Origin: Octopus vulgaris
Lineage: Eukaryota
Assembly (NCBI GenBank): GCA_951406725.2
Contig: OX597827.1
Coordinates: 72,788,001-72,852,000, forward strand
Direction: 5' to 3'
DNA length: 64,000 bases
Below, in pieces: positions 23,848-36,934 of the stretch. The notes beneath the pieces are model-generated. The model saw nothing but the letters and a program-made list of their open reading frames with translations, was not told where the DNA came from and ran no database searches. Each line of letters starts with the position of its first letter. The first letter of the stretch is position 1. Position numbers and translations under genes: made by a program.

Positions 23848-26236
23848 CCGGTGGCACATAAAATACACCAATCCGACCGTGGCCGTTGCCAGCCTCGCCT
23901 GGCACCTGTGCAGGTGGCACGTAAAAAGCACCCACTACACTCACGGAGTGGTTGGCGTTAGGAAGGGCATCCAGCTGTAGAAACATTGCCAGATAAGACT
24001 GGAGCCTGGTGCAGCCTTCTGGCTTCCCAGATCCCCGGTCGAACCGTCCAACCCATGCTAGCACGGAGAACGGACGTTAAACGATGATGATGATGATATT
24101 TGTGTGTGTGTTTGTCCCCCAGCCATCGCTTGACAACCGATGCTGTTGTGTTTATGTACCTGTAACCTAGAGGATCGGCAAAAGAGACCGATAGAATAAG
24201 TACTAGGATTACAAAGAATAAGTCCTGGGGTTGACTTCCTTGACTAAAACCCTTTAATGTGGTGCTCTAGCAAGGCTTCAGTCAAAAGAAAGAATACCCG
24301 TATGTTAGTTAATTCCTGAACTAATGTGTGGAGAAGTCTAGTTGCTTCAGCTTGTAGTAAACTTTTAAAACTTGCTTTGTTTCTGAATAATTTCTACTAT
24401 AGGCATGTGGCAATGGCCCAGTGGTTAGGGCAGAGGACTCGCATTCGTGGGATTGCGGTTTTTTAATTCCCAGACCGGGCGTTGTCAGTATTTATTGAGC
24501 GAAAAGCTCCACAAGACTCAGGCAGGAAGTGGTGGTGAACCCTGCTGTACTCTTTCACCATAACTTTCTCTCGCTCTTTCTTCCTGTTTCTGTTGTACCT
24601 ATTTCTTTATTACCCACAAGGTGCTAAACACAGAGGGGCCAAACAAGGACAGACATAGGTATTAAGTCGATTACATCGACCCCAGTGCGTAACTGGTACT
24701 TAATTTATCGACCCCGAAAGGATGAAAGGCAAAGTCGACCTCGGCGGAATTTCTGTTGTACCTGTATTTCAGAGGGGACAGCCTTGTCACACTCTGGGTC
24801 ACGCAGAATCTCCCTGAGAACTACGTTAAGGGTACACGTGTCTGTGGAATGCTCAGCCACTTGCATGCTAATTTCACGAGCAGGCAGTTCCGTTGATTGG
24901 ATCAACTGGAACCCTCGTTCATGTCTATATGCACAAGGCCTGAATTGTTTGAGGGGGATGGGATTAGCTGATTACATCGACCCCAGTGCCCCTGAAAGAA
25001 TGAAAGACAATGGCATTTGAATTCAGAACGTAAATAAAAGAAAAAAATAACCAAGTCTATTGCCGAATGCCCGAGCAACTTTCTATTTTATTAGGATTTG
25101 TCTACATGGTAAATAATGGTTTGTTTTGAATAAAAGACTGGCGACTTGAAGTGAATGTTTATCAGAACAGAGGTGTTGTATGAGCACATACAATTGTGTT
25201 GTGTGTATACTGTAGTATAATAGATGTGTATGTACACACACAGACATATTGTTATTTTGTCATATGGGGAGAGAGATCAAGGACGTTCTTTCTATCAACA
25301 TATTCGTCAAGATTACCCGTCAATTCACAGGGGGCATTTTTGGAAAGCTGTCCCTCGAAGTCCCATATCTCATGAAAAAGGAAAAGGGTTTCCTCACCTC
25401 CAAAACCTTTTTTTTTTTTTTTTTTTTAGTTCTCTTGTGTATCATAGAATGGAAATAATAATTCTGGATTTTCTTCGAAAATTTGATTCAATTTAATTTT
25501 TGTGTTTAGATTTTTGTCCTCTGTCTCCATATCCTTTGCCTTTCCTATGTGGTGTGGGACTTCGAGGGACAGCTGTTGCATAATTCCACTCACTTTTCTC
25601 TAGACTTCTCTGATCTCACTAAAATCAACTATGAAAGGCGTTCCAACCGTGACCCCAAATAAATCTTGATTACAGTTGGCAACTATCATCATTACTTTGA
25701 ATAGTCATTGTTTCGCCCCCAGGTCAGCCCTGAAGGCATTCCGGCCATGACCATCACGTCTACATTTTGGCGTTCTTTCTAATGAATCTTACATTCCCAC
25801 CACTATTTTTAAGAATTTAGAAATTGAGCGACATTTGACTGCTATTTTTAGATCGAGCGCCAGCGTAGAAACGAACTTCGAAGGCTTGCGTGGGATGAAG
25901 CTAATTCAAAGTTCTTGGTATTCCAACAATGGCCATCACCTCTATTTAAGGATATCTGGGACGTCATACGGCGTCATTCGAAGATTTTTGGCTGCTATTT
26001 CTACCGGATCGAGCTTTCTATATATTTTTTTTCACCCACCCTATGTAAAACCTGGTGTTTAAAAGATCTCCCATATGTAAAGATTAAAGATATATGAAAT
26101 TAACGAGCGTTTTGTCTCGGCCACTGTTGATTCGAGATCCTTCTTTTTTATATCACACAGCACTGTTATCAAAACAAACCCAAGAATTCATATCGTTGTC
26201 ACGAAAAGTTGAATAAACAATAAAGCAAAGACTTAC

Positions 26237-26239
26237 CAT
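26237..26239 (-). CDS. UFD1: UFD1 first coding exon (ATG only)
   Basis: ...CAATTCCA ATG|GTAAGT, phase 0, fits exon 2. An ATG-only first coding exon is what I recall for vertebrate UFD1. An AG at 26263-26264 suggests a further non-coding exon upstream. Confidence 0.7.
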
Positions 26240-27224
26240 TGGAATTGTTTTTCTTCAAAAATCTACACAAATAAGGTTAATTAAAATATCAATATTCTCA
26301 ATATGGAATTAAAATATATCAACAAAGATATATCCTTGGGAGATGATATTGCCTATTTAATCCTTATAATTATATATATATACTCGTTAAAAGTAGATAT
26401 TATTGAGAGAATTTAACTCAATCAAAATAAAAAAAGGATGGAAATCCAGAAAACGAAATTTTCATCAGTAGGATGTTATGTCAATGTTTATTAAAACAGT
26501 TGCGCACTTAAAATATAGTGTTGTTGAAATTTTACCGCATTTATATATTTTTCTTTGTGTATTTTAGTGTGATGTGTGAATTATAAGAACGATTAAAATA
26601 AATGTAATCGGAAATAATTAGATATGAGATTTTATTTATATTGATATTTTATTAACTGCGGAGCAATAAGATGACTTGGAAAATAGTAAACAGGAAGTTT
26701 AGTTTGGTTTGTGACACACTTGGATTAGCGAAACGAGAATAATAGAATAGTAGAATAATAGAATAAAAGAGAATAAAACAGAATGCTATTCTAATACGTT
26801 GTTTTAACTAAAAACGAATGTTTTAAGATGTAAATTTGATAATGTCTCTTTTCAAAAGAAAATAATAAAGACTTTTTAAATGTGTATTTTATTAGATAAT
26901 GATTTTATTCGTAATCTCATAAATAAATTTAGTCGATCTTTAATTCTGGCGTCTTAAAAACAAATGTTCACTTTCATTTTCTTACGAGGTTTTGCGTGTG
27001 TTGCGGTCATGCTGTAGCATCGCCTTCAAGGACTTCAGTCGAACGAACTGACCTCAGTACTTTATTTATAGCCTGGTACTTATTCTAATGGTCTCTTCCA
27101 GTGAACCGATACGTTACAAGGACATAAACAAACCAGATCCGGCTAGCATTGTAGGTGTTCTAACGCCTTCTAATGACAATTACAGTTTTCTTTTTTGGTG
27201 ATTCATTACCAAACTGCTGCTTAA

Positions 27225-27255
<31 letters not shown>

Positions 27256-27554
27256 CACCGTGACTGACCAGGCTATCAGATGTTGTTACACATCGCTGGT
27301 CACAATGCGTTTCGCATTGTTTTAGCCTTCAAATGACGCCACCCTGCTGGCTAAGCAAGCAGGCCAACAGAAGAAAGAGCGAGAGAAAGTTGCGGCGAAA
27401 GAGTACAGCAGGGATCGCCACCCCCCCCCTGCCGGAGCCTCGTGGAGCTTTAGGTGTTTTCACTCAATAAACACTCACAACGCCCTGTCTGGGAATCGAA
27501 ACCGCGATCCTACAACCGCGAGTTCGCTCACTTAACCACTGGGCCATTGCGCCT

Positions 27555-27627
<73 letters not shown>

Positions 27628-27651
27628 TACATACATACATACATACATACA

Positions 27652-27684
<33 letters not shown>

Positions 27685-27779
27685 GTATGTATGTATGTAT
27701 GTGTGTGTGTATAACGGTAAGGTTTACGAAAATAAACAAAAGACGAAGGCAGGTGGAGTACAAACAAACAAATGTATTA

Positions 27780-27811
<32 letters not shown>

Positions 27812-27994
27812 TACATATATTCTTCTAATCTTTTATTTGTTTCAGTTATTTGACTGCGACCAAGTTGGAGCATCACCTTAAGGGTTTTGCACGCAAACAC
27901 ACACACACACACACACACACGCAAACACGCACACACACACACAAACAAACACGCACACACGGTATGTTCTTGTTGACTTCAGTTTTTTTCATTT

Positions 27995-28595
27995 GTGAAA
28001 GAAAACCTGAAGAAATTAGACATAAACAAAAGTGATTGGGAACATGATGTTCTGAATCGGAACAAGTGGAGAGGTGCTGTTAGGACTGGTTGCAATGCCT
28101 GGGAAGAAAAGCTGATTCAGCACTCTGAACTTAATAGGGCGTCACAAAGGAAAAATTGGAACTGTAATCAACAGTGAATACTGGATGTGTATTACATGTG
28201 ACCGTGTCCTGTTGTCAAAAGCAGGATACGTGAATCATATGAAGTCACATGAAAATCGAAATGTCCTGATAAGTGATTGTTTTGGACACCAACCGCCTCT
28301 TACGACTTGCGTCATATATATAAAAAAAACTTGTAAGACGATATCTAGGCTTAAAAGACATATGCTAGTTCACAAAAGACATTCCTTCAGAATCAGATTT
28401 CAAAGGGCAAAGATATAGAAGAAAGTTGAATAATATCTGTCACTTGTGTTTAAAACCTGTCTGTCTTAAAAGTCAGAGTCTAAGGGCTCATCAACGGAGT
28501 GATTGTGCTGTGTGATGGGGTGTGGTGTATGTATTGATGGGACGGCTATCATCCATCGAGATGAAGCAATCATCATCATCATCATCATCATCATT
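27995..28595 (+). mobile_element. RTE-type LINE 3' end with C-terminal C2H2-like fingers
   Basis: KENLKKLDINKSDWEHDVLNRNKWRGAVRTG followed by CITCDRVLLSKAGYVNHMKSH. Interrupted by stops and shifts. (ATC)n at the end. Confidence 0.6.
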
Positions 28596-28848
28596 TAATG
28601 TCCGCTTTCCATGCTAGCATGGGTTGGACAGTTTTACTGAGGGCTGGCAAGCCAGAAGGCTGCACCAGGCTTCAATCTGATCTGATAAGGTTTCTACAGC
28701 TGGATGCCCTGCCTAACGCCAAGCACTCGGAGAGTGTAGTGGGTGCTTTTTACGTGCCACTGGCACGAAAGCCAGTCAGGCGGTTCTGGCATCGACCACA
28801 CTCGTTACTATTGTATACTATATATTTTTGAACATCTGTAGGCAGAGA

Positions 28849-28930
28849 GGTAGTGTGGCCGAGTGGTCTAAGGCGCTGGTTTTAGGCACCAGTCTCTTCG
28901 GAGGCGTGGGTTCGAATCCCATCACTGCCA
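28849..28930 (+). tRNA. tRNA-Leu(TAG)
   Basis: 82 nt. Anticodon arm CTGGT-TT-TAG-GC-ACCAG, long variable arm, GGTTCGAATCC, downstream TTTTT terminator. Confidence 0.95.
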
Positions 28931-29282
28931 TTTAGTTTTTGCTTGTGATATTTTACTTCAGTAAAAAGGTGATGCTTCTGTTGCTAACTCTCTACACTTG
29001 TTCAGCCAAATGTATTTGTTATAATACCAATGGGATCATTTATATTTTTAATGTCAGTCTCTGATGTTGGCACGAGATCAGTTATTTTGAGGGGAGGGGT
29101 TAGTCGATTCCATCGATTCTAGTACTTGATTAGTACTTTATTTCATCAACCCGAAAGACAAAGTCGACGTCTGCGGGATTTGAACTCGGAACATAAAGAC
29201 CTAAAACGAATGCCGCAAAGCCTTTTTTGTCCGAACCCCTAACAACTCAACATGCTCGTCGCCTTATTTCCCCTTTAATATC

Positions 29283-29700
29283 TATTTCTTTACTGCCCAC
29301 AAGGGGCTAAACATAGAGGGGACAAACAAGGACAGACAAAAGGGTTAAGTCGATTACATCGATCCCAGTGCGAAACTGGTACTTTATTTATCGACCCCAA
29401 AAGGATGAAAGGCAAAGTCGACCTCGGCGGAATTTGAACTCAGAACATAACGACAGACGAAATACCTATTTCTTTACTACCCACAAGGGGCTAAACACAG
29501 AGGGGGACAAACAAGGACAGACAAACGGATTAAGTCGATTACATCGACTCCAGTGCGTAACTGGTACTTAATTTATCGACCCCTAAAGGATGAAAGGCAA
29601 AGTCGACCTCGGCGGAATTTGAACTCAGAATGAAACAGCTGACGAAATACGGCTACACATTTTGCCCGGCGTACTAACGTTTCTGCCAGCTCGCCGCCTT
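29283..29700 (-). mobile_element. Dimeric family B SINE with TSD
   Basis: Head plus two bodies, flanked by TTCCCC(C)TTTAATATC direct repeats (~29268 and ~29702). Confidence 0.8.
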
Positions 29701-29939
29701 CTTCCCCCTTTAATATCAATTTCTCACTTGCAGTTGACGCTCAGTTTGTTTGGAATAGTAACCAGATAACTTGCAAACCACATTCCACCGTCTTAGAAAG
29801 GGACATATTAAATAAAAGAAAGGGACACCTTAAATAAAGCAATCTGAGGTCACAAATACATTTGGCTGAACAAGTGTAGAGAATTAGCAACAGAAGCGTC
29901 ACCTTTTTACTGAAGTAAAATATCACAAGCAAAACTAAA

Positions 29940-30021
29940 TGGCAGTGATGGGATTCGAACCCACGCCTCCGAAGAGACTGGTGCCTAAAACCAGCGCCTT
30001 AGACCACTCGGCCACACTACC
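29940..30021 (-). tRNA. tRNA-Leu(TAG), inverted identical copy
   Basis: Exact reverse complement of 28849-28930, with a TTTT terminator. Confidence 0.95.
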
Positions 30022-30694
30022 TCTCTACCTACTGGCATTTAAAAATATATAGTATACAATAGTAACGAATTTAACAGATTATGTATGTGCGTGCGTGCGT
30101 ACAAACATACGTACAGACATGCGTTTCTACGTCCATACTTGCGTAGTGACGCAGAAGAGGTCGAGTAGTTAAAAACTTCACCTCGCAACATTGAAGTCAC
30201 GAGTTCGATCCTGCAGCACGGCAACTTGAGCAAATCTCGTTTACTATAGCCTTGGGTTGACCCAAACTTTTTCGGTTCACCTGAATAGACGGAAATTGTG
30301 CTGAAGTTCGTCAGGCAGACTTTCTGAATAGATTTTTCTTTCTTTCTTATTTTTTTTTTTTTTGTATTACCTATTTTAAAACAAAATATTCTTTTTTAAA
30401 ACAAATTATCGTTTTATATATATTTCTTTCAAAATTCTAATTTTGTTTTCACACACCCACTTGTGGTAGGCGTTTGATTTTAATCGTGAAAGGTACGATA
30501 AAGGGAGAGGTGGGGGTTAAGAATTAAGAAAAAATTTCTGAGTGGCTGTGTGGTAAGCAGCTTGCTTACCAACCACATGGTTCTGGGTTCAGTCCCACTG
30601 CATGGCACCTTGGGCAAGTGTCTTCTACTGTAGCCTCGGGCCGACCGAAGCCTGGTGAGTGGATTTGGTAGACGGAAACTGAAAGAAACTCGTC

Positions 30695-30775
<81 letters not shown>

Positions 30776-31863
30776 TGTGTGTTTGTGTCTGTGTTTGTCC
30801 ACCCACCCCCAGCCATCGCTTGACAACCGATGCTGGTGTGTTTACGTCCCCATAACTTAGCGGTTCGGCAAAAGAAACCGATAGAATAAGTACTAGGCTT
30901 ACAAAGAATAAGTCCTGGGGTCGATTTGTTCGACTAAAGGCAGTGCTCCAGCATGGCCGCAGTCAACATGACTGAAACAAGTAAAAGAGTAGAAAAGTAA
31001 ATTACAAGTTTCAGAATTAAATACAATGGAAATGACGAATATTAACGAAAAATTTGGGTGAAATAAAGGGTGAGGCAGACTTAAAAAAAAAACAAAAAAA
31101 AAAAAACAGGGCTGAAAAAAAAGTGTTTGTTTTAAAAACGGCTTACCCCCCATCGTTTTGAAATGTGTGATACAAAAAAAAAAAAAATACTGGAAAAATT
31201 CCGACCAAAAACGGAGAAATTCCAACAGCTGTTCTGAAAGTCTCATCAACCGGCTTCAGCACAGTTTCCGTCTACTCAGTTCACTTGACAAAGTTTGGGT
31301 TGCTATAGTAAAAGATATTTGCCCAAGAACTGGAAGCTGGAAGTAGGAAGACCACTGAACCTATTAAAGACGAGCCATATGGGGAGAAACCGAAACGATG
31401 AAGTTAACTACCACATCATTCATAGATAAAATTAGCAGGGGCTGCTGCTTCAAAAAAATGTTAGCCGTTGTTTTAATATTGTGTAAAAGGAAACAAACAT
31501 ATAAAATTTATACATAAATTATACATAAATTTATACATATAAATTTATACATAATCTTGATCGGTTCGTGTTTTAGCCACTGCTGCCGAGTAGTATATTT
31601 AATTTGTTCAATGAAGACCGCTGCGAATTCCCCCTTGTTTTTCAACCCCTCCCACTAAATCACAAAATAAGGGGGTGGGGGGAATGTGCCCTATTTTTCA
31701 AATCCTGGCAGCAGCACTGAAGCTGGAAGCAGGGTAATAATCTAATTCTACACATTATCACATTCAAGAATATAAACGTGTTTATAAGCACACAATACAA
31801 GCAGAGTCAAAAAGAAACGCTATCTTTCACCGGTACTGCGTGAACGACAGTGCTGTCTCTCCC

Positions 31864-33245
31864 AAGCTTTTGACGGGGTTCCCCGATCCCTTATCTGGTG
31901 GTCAATGCGGAAACTAGGGATAGATGAGTGGTTGGTGAGAGCTGTGTAAGGCATGTACAGGGATGCTGTCAGAAAGGTGAGGGTTGGCAACGAATATAGT
32001 GAAGAATTCCGTGTAAGGGTAGGGGTCCACAAAGGATCAGTCCTCAGCTCCTCAGGCAATAACAGGGGAATTCAAGACAGGATGCCCCTGGGGGCTCCTC
32101 TATACTGATGGCTTTGCTCTAATAGCTGAGTCACTGTCAGAACTAGAGGAGAAGTTTCAGGTGTGGAAGCAAGGTCTAGACTCGAAGCACCTTAAAGTCA
32201 ATCTAGCAAAAACCAAAGTCTTAGTAAGTAAGAAGGCAGACAAATTACAAATCCCTTCGAGTGGATGGCCCTGATCGATCTGTAGAAAAGGCGTAGGTAG
32301 ATACTCCATAAGATGAACCCAGTGTAAGCTATGGGCACATAAGAGGTGTAGCAATATCAAAGGAAGGCTAACTGGCAAAATAGTTTTTGTGTGTGGCAAA
32401 TGCACAGGGCAATATACACTGAAAATGCGCAGAAAACAGGTTCCGTCACATGCCAGTGGGGAAAACTACAAGTAGTTGATAGCTTCCATTTCGTAGGTGA
32501 CCAAGTCAGTAGCGGGAGTGGATGCTCTGAGAGCGTAGCTGGTAGAATAAGAATAGCCTGGGCAAAATTCAAAGAGCTTTTACCTCTGCTGGTAACAAAG
32601 GGCCTCTCGCTCACAGACCATGTTATCATGGTCTGTGACTACTGATAACATGCGTAAGCTTGCAAGAAATTAAGCTAGTATACTCCGCTGGATGTGTAAT
32701 GTCAGTGTGTATATACGACAGAATGTAAGCGCCCTGAGAGAAAAGTTGGACCTAAGAAGCATCAGATGTGACATGCAAGAGAGACGACTGCGCAGGTATA
32801 GTCGTGTTGCGTAGGATGAGGACAGCTGTAGGGAAAAATGTCACACCCTAACAGTGAAGAGAAACTGTGGAAGAGGTAGATCCAGGAAAACCTGGGATGA
32901 GGTGGTGAAGCACGACCTTCGAACGCTGGGCCTCACGGAGGCAATGACAAGCGACCGAGACGTATGGAGATATGCTGTACTTGAAAAGACCCAGCAAGTC
33001 AAGCGAGACCATAACTGTGGCCTATACCAGTGTAGCATAAACAGTGTAGCTCATTTAAAAGTACCCTTCAATCATTGGACAATTAACTGTGCTTGAGAAG
33101 ACCTGTTGAGTCATGTGAAATCGTTATCGTGGCTGATGCCAGTACCGCCTGACTGACACCTGTGCCGGTGGCATGTAAAATGCACCATTTGAGCGTGGTT
33201 GTTACCGGTGCCGCCTGACTGACTACCGTGCTGGTGGCACGTAAA
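31864..33245 (+). mobile_element. 5'-truncated, decayed RTE-clade LINE (RT remnant plus start of 3' UTR)
   Basis: KAFDGVPRSLIWWSMRKLGIDEWLVRAV, GVHKGSVLS, LLYTDG (YADD remnant), RIRIAWAKFKELLPLL, GRGRSRKTWDEVVKHD. Many stops and frameshifts. Confidence 0.85.
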
Positions 33246-33357
33246 AATGTTCACTTAAAGAGAATAAGAAGCTACATAATGCAAAATTTTTACTTTTCAA
33301 AAATTCCAATTCTAAAGGGTCGAAACAAACCCGAGCAACACCGGGCGATACTGCTAG
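33243..33357 (+). mobile_element. 3' end of a non-autonomous Helitron
   Basis: Homologous to 38188-38303. CCCG...CGGG hairpin, then CTAG|T. Confidence 0.7.
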
Positions 33358-33816
33358 TCAGTAATAAATATAAGCCTACTTTCCGCTGTTGTTTAACCTC
33401 AAGTCGGCCCTGACCCAGTAGACAGATCTACGATCAAAAGCATTCTGTCTGCCACTATCGTGACCCCCACCACACACACACACACACACGCATACGCACA
33501 CTTTGTTTTTAAAGATTTATTTTTCAGGAAATGTACCTCAGATTGCTTTATTTAAGGTGTCCCTTTCTTTTATTTAATATGTCCCTTTCTAAGGGACATA
33601 TTAAATAAAAGAAAGGGACATCTTAAATAAAGCAATCTGAGGTACATTTCCTGAAAAGTAAATCTTAAGAAAGTGTGTATGCCTCTCTGCGTGTGTGTGG
33701 GTGGGTGGAGTCACGATAGTGGCGGACAGAATGCTTTTGATCGTAGATTTGTCCACTGGGTCAGGGCCGACTTGAGGTTAAACAACAGCGGAAAGTAGGC
33801 TTATATTTATTACTGA
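33358..33816. repeat. ~460-bp near-perfect palindrome with 3-nt loop
   Basis: Arms 33358-33587 and 33591-33816 are reverse complements. Centre GTCCCTT-TCT-AAGGGAC. Confidence 0.95.
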
Positions 33817-34364
33817 TTTAAGACTGGTTTGTGGGATGGCTAGAGAATAAATGATAAAATCGACATCATTATTTGACAATGCAGGGCATTATTTTAATAA
33901 CCCCGAAGAGACGAAAGGTAAAGTTGACCTTGGCGGGATTGAACCCACATATAACATCCATTTATAGGCCAGAATTTCGAGGGAAGAAGATTAATCGATT
34001 ACGTCGACCTGTGTTCACCTGGCACTTATTTTATCGACTCCGATAGGAAAGAAAGCGAAGTTGACCTCGGCGGAATTTGAACTCGGAACGTAAGGAGGGA
34101 CAAGATGTCGCTTAGTATCTTGCCCGGCGTGCTAAAGATTCTGCCACCTCGCTGCCTTGATATTGATTTAAATATAAAGTTTGGCACAACCACGCTTAGC
34201 TGTGTGATTACGAATTCTATTCAAGGCTATGTGGCTCCGACTTCGATCCCGGTCGCCTCACATTCGATATACGCACATTACATGTTATATAATGCAATGC
34301 ATGTCATGTATGTATGTATGTATGTATGTATGTATGTATGTATGTATGTATGTATGTATGTATG

Positions 34365-34418
<54 letters not shown>

Positions 34419-34496
34419 ATGTAAGTGTATGTATTTATGTACAAGGCCGGATTAAGACACATAGAGGCCCTAAGCCCTTGAAAGATTTTGGTGTTC

Positions 34497-34548
<52 letters not shown>

Positions 34549-34807
34549 ATCACGTGACCGACCACACCATCATATGTTGTTACACGTTACAATGCGTTCG
34601 TTGGCTAAGCGAGCAGGCCAACAGAAGAAAGAGTGAAAGAAAGTGTCGTGAAAGAGTACAGCAGGGATCACCACCATCCCCTGCCGGAGCCTCGTGGAGC
34701 TTTTAGGTGTTTTCGCTCAATAAACACTCACAACGCCCGGTCTGGGAATCGAGACCGCGATCCTCCGACCGCGAGTTCGCTGCCCTAACCACTGGGCCAT
34801 TGCGCCT

Positions 34808-34843
<36 letters not shown>

Positions 34844-35207
34844 TTATATATATGTATGTATGTGTGTGTGTGTGTCATTCAAAATATAAACAATAAAATA
34901 CATTTTTATTTTTCAAAATGAAACAAACTAACCTGAAGATGTAATGTATATGCAAATAATCTTTTCTACACTAGGCACAAAATTTTGGTGGAGGGGGCCC
35001 AGTCGATTAGATCGACCTCAGTACATAACAGGTACTTAATTTATCGATCCAATCTCATAAACCTCTTCGAAAATTATTTTAACAAATTTAATGTGATTTT
35101 TTGTGTGCCGTAAACCATTTACCATCTCTGCGGTGCCTCACCTTCACTTGATACCCTAAGCAAATGCTTATTCTGCTTAACAGTTAATCCATTACTGTGT
35201 ATGTACC

Positions 35208-35439
35208 TATTTCTTTACTACCCACAAGGGGCTAAACACAGAGAGGACAAACAAGGACAGACAAACGGATTAAGTCGATTTTGTCGACCACAGTGAATAA
35301 CTGGTACTTATTTAATCGACCCCGAAAGGATGAAAGGCAAAGTCGACCTCGGCGGAATTTGAACTCAGAACGTAACGGCAGACGAAATACGGCTACGCAT
35401 TTCGCACGGGGTGCTAACGTTTCTGCCAGCTCGCCGCCT
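35208..35439 (-). mobile_element. Monomeric family B SINE with TSD
   Basis: Flanked by ATT(A/G)CTGTGTATGTACC direct repeats. Confidence 0.8.
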
Positions 35440-36858
35440 TATTGCTGTGTATGTACCATCAGCTGCCGGTACGCGGCGTGTTTCTAGAAAAGAAAGAAAC
35501 GTTATAAAATGCTTATGTAATATTGTATCATTTGTTTACAAAATAAATATCGGATAAAAAAAATCTTCAGCTATATTTATTATGTATATTGTTTCCGGTA
35601 TAAATTAATATTACTAAGAAATATTAACGGTCCCTCGCATATTGGAGGAAAAGACTGCCAGTACCTCCCGTCAGAGAGTTTGAGAAGCACTGCCTTAGAA
35701 TCGATCCCTTAGTCTTTACGACGTGTATTCTAAGCAAATCAGCTTCACGAGGGTTATTCTTCCTGAAACCACATGAGATATGTAACAGCTATATGTTACT
35801 GATGGATGTAACGGATGCAGAGGTGATTAGAATTAATAGCAGGTTAATTAAATCTTTGTGGAACAGTGAGATATGCACCAAAATTGAACAGAAGAAAAGA
35901 AGGAAATTCTTACGAACTTCATTTATCCGTCACATTTTCCCTCGTCAGGGATGGTGTGTAGAATCTGAAGTGGTCGACTGTTTTCCAGTGGTAAAGGGAT
36001 GGTAGTAACGACAAGGGTTGTAGAACATTTGATAATGATTGAGTCGAATGTCGATGCTAGAAAGAGATAGGTGCTAGAAATATATTTCTTTACTGCCCAC
36101 AAGGGGCTAAACACAGAGGGGACAAACAAGGACAGACGAAGTGATTGAGTCGATTATATCGACCCCAATGCGAAACTGGTACTTTATTTATCGACCCCGA
36201 AAGGATGAAAGGCAAAGTTGACCTCGGCGGAATTTGAACTCAAGACGTAACGACAGATGAGCAACGTCCAAGACCGAAAACGAATTGTCTGAAAATATAC
36301 GGGGAAGGTGCGAATTTCTGCATGTTTGAAAGCTAAAAGTAGGTAGGAAGAAGAAAGAAAGTGAATATAAGTTTATCAGTCACTAAATTTCAACTAAGAT
36401 GTCGAGGGAAAGAATAAGGCTTAGCTAAGGTGAAAGAAGTACGACAGTTGACTCTCGTACATTTCCGAGTACTGATGCCGAGAACAAAGGAAAAAAGCTA
36501 ATAGAACAATCTAGGCTAAGGTTTCGATACCCGCTAAACACCCAGGAACTAAGCATTTTAGATATCTCTTTCGAAGTTAGTCGCAATGAGGAGGAAACGA
36601 AAATCAAAGGATGAATTGACAATTTACGACTGTCCCTACAGTTTTTAAGAACTGGAAGTCAGTGAGATTTGTCAGGGGTAGAGAGATCACATACTCTTAC
36701 TCTTTTACTTTAGTCGAGCAAATCGACCCCGGGACTTATTCTTTGCAAGCCCAGTACTTATTCTATCGGTCTCTTTTGCCGAACCGCTAGGTAACGGGGA
36801 CGTAAACATCGGTTGTCAAGCAATGCTAGGGGGACAAACACAGACACGCAAACACACT

Positions 36859-36934
<76 letters not shown>

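Noticed and set aside
28185-28418. C2H2 zinc-finger gene
   Set aside because: Contiguous with an RTE-type C-terminal motif, disrupted by stops and shifts, and has no exon structure, so it is a LINE remnant.
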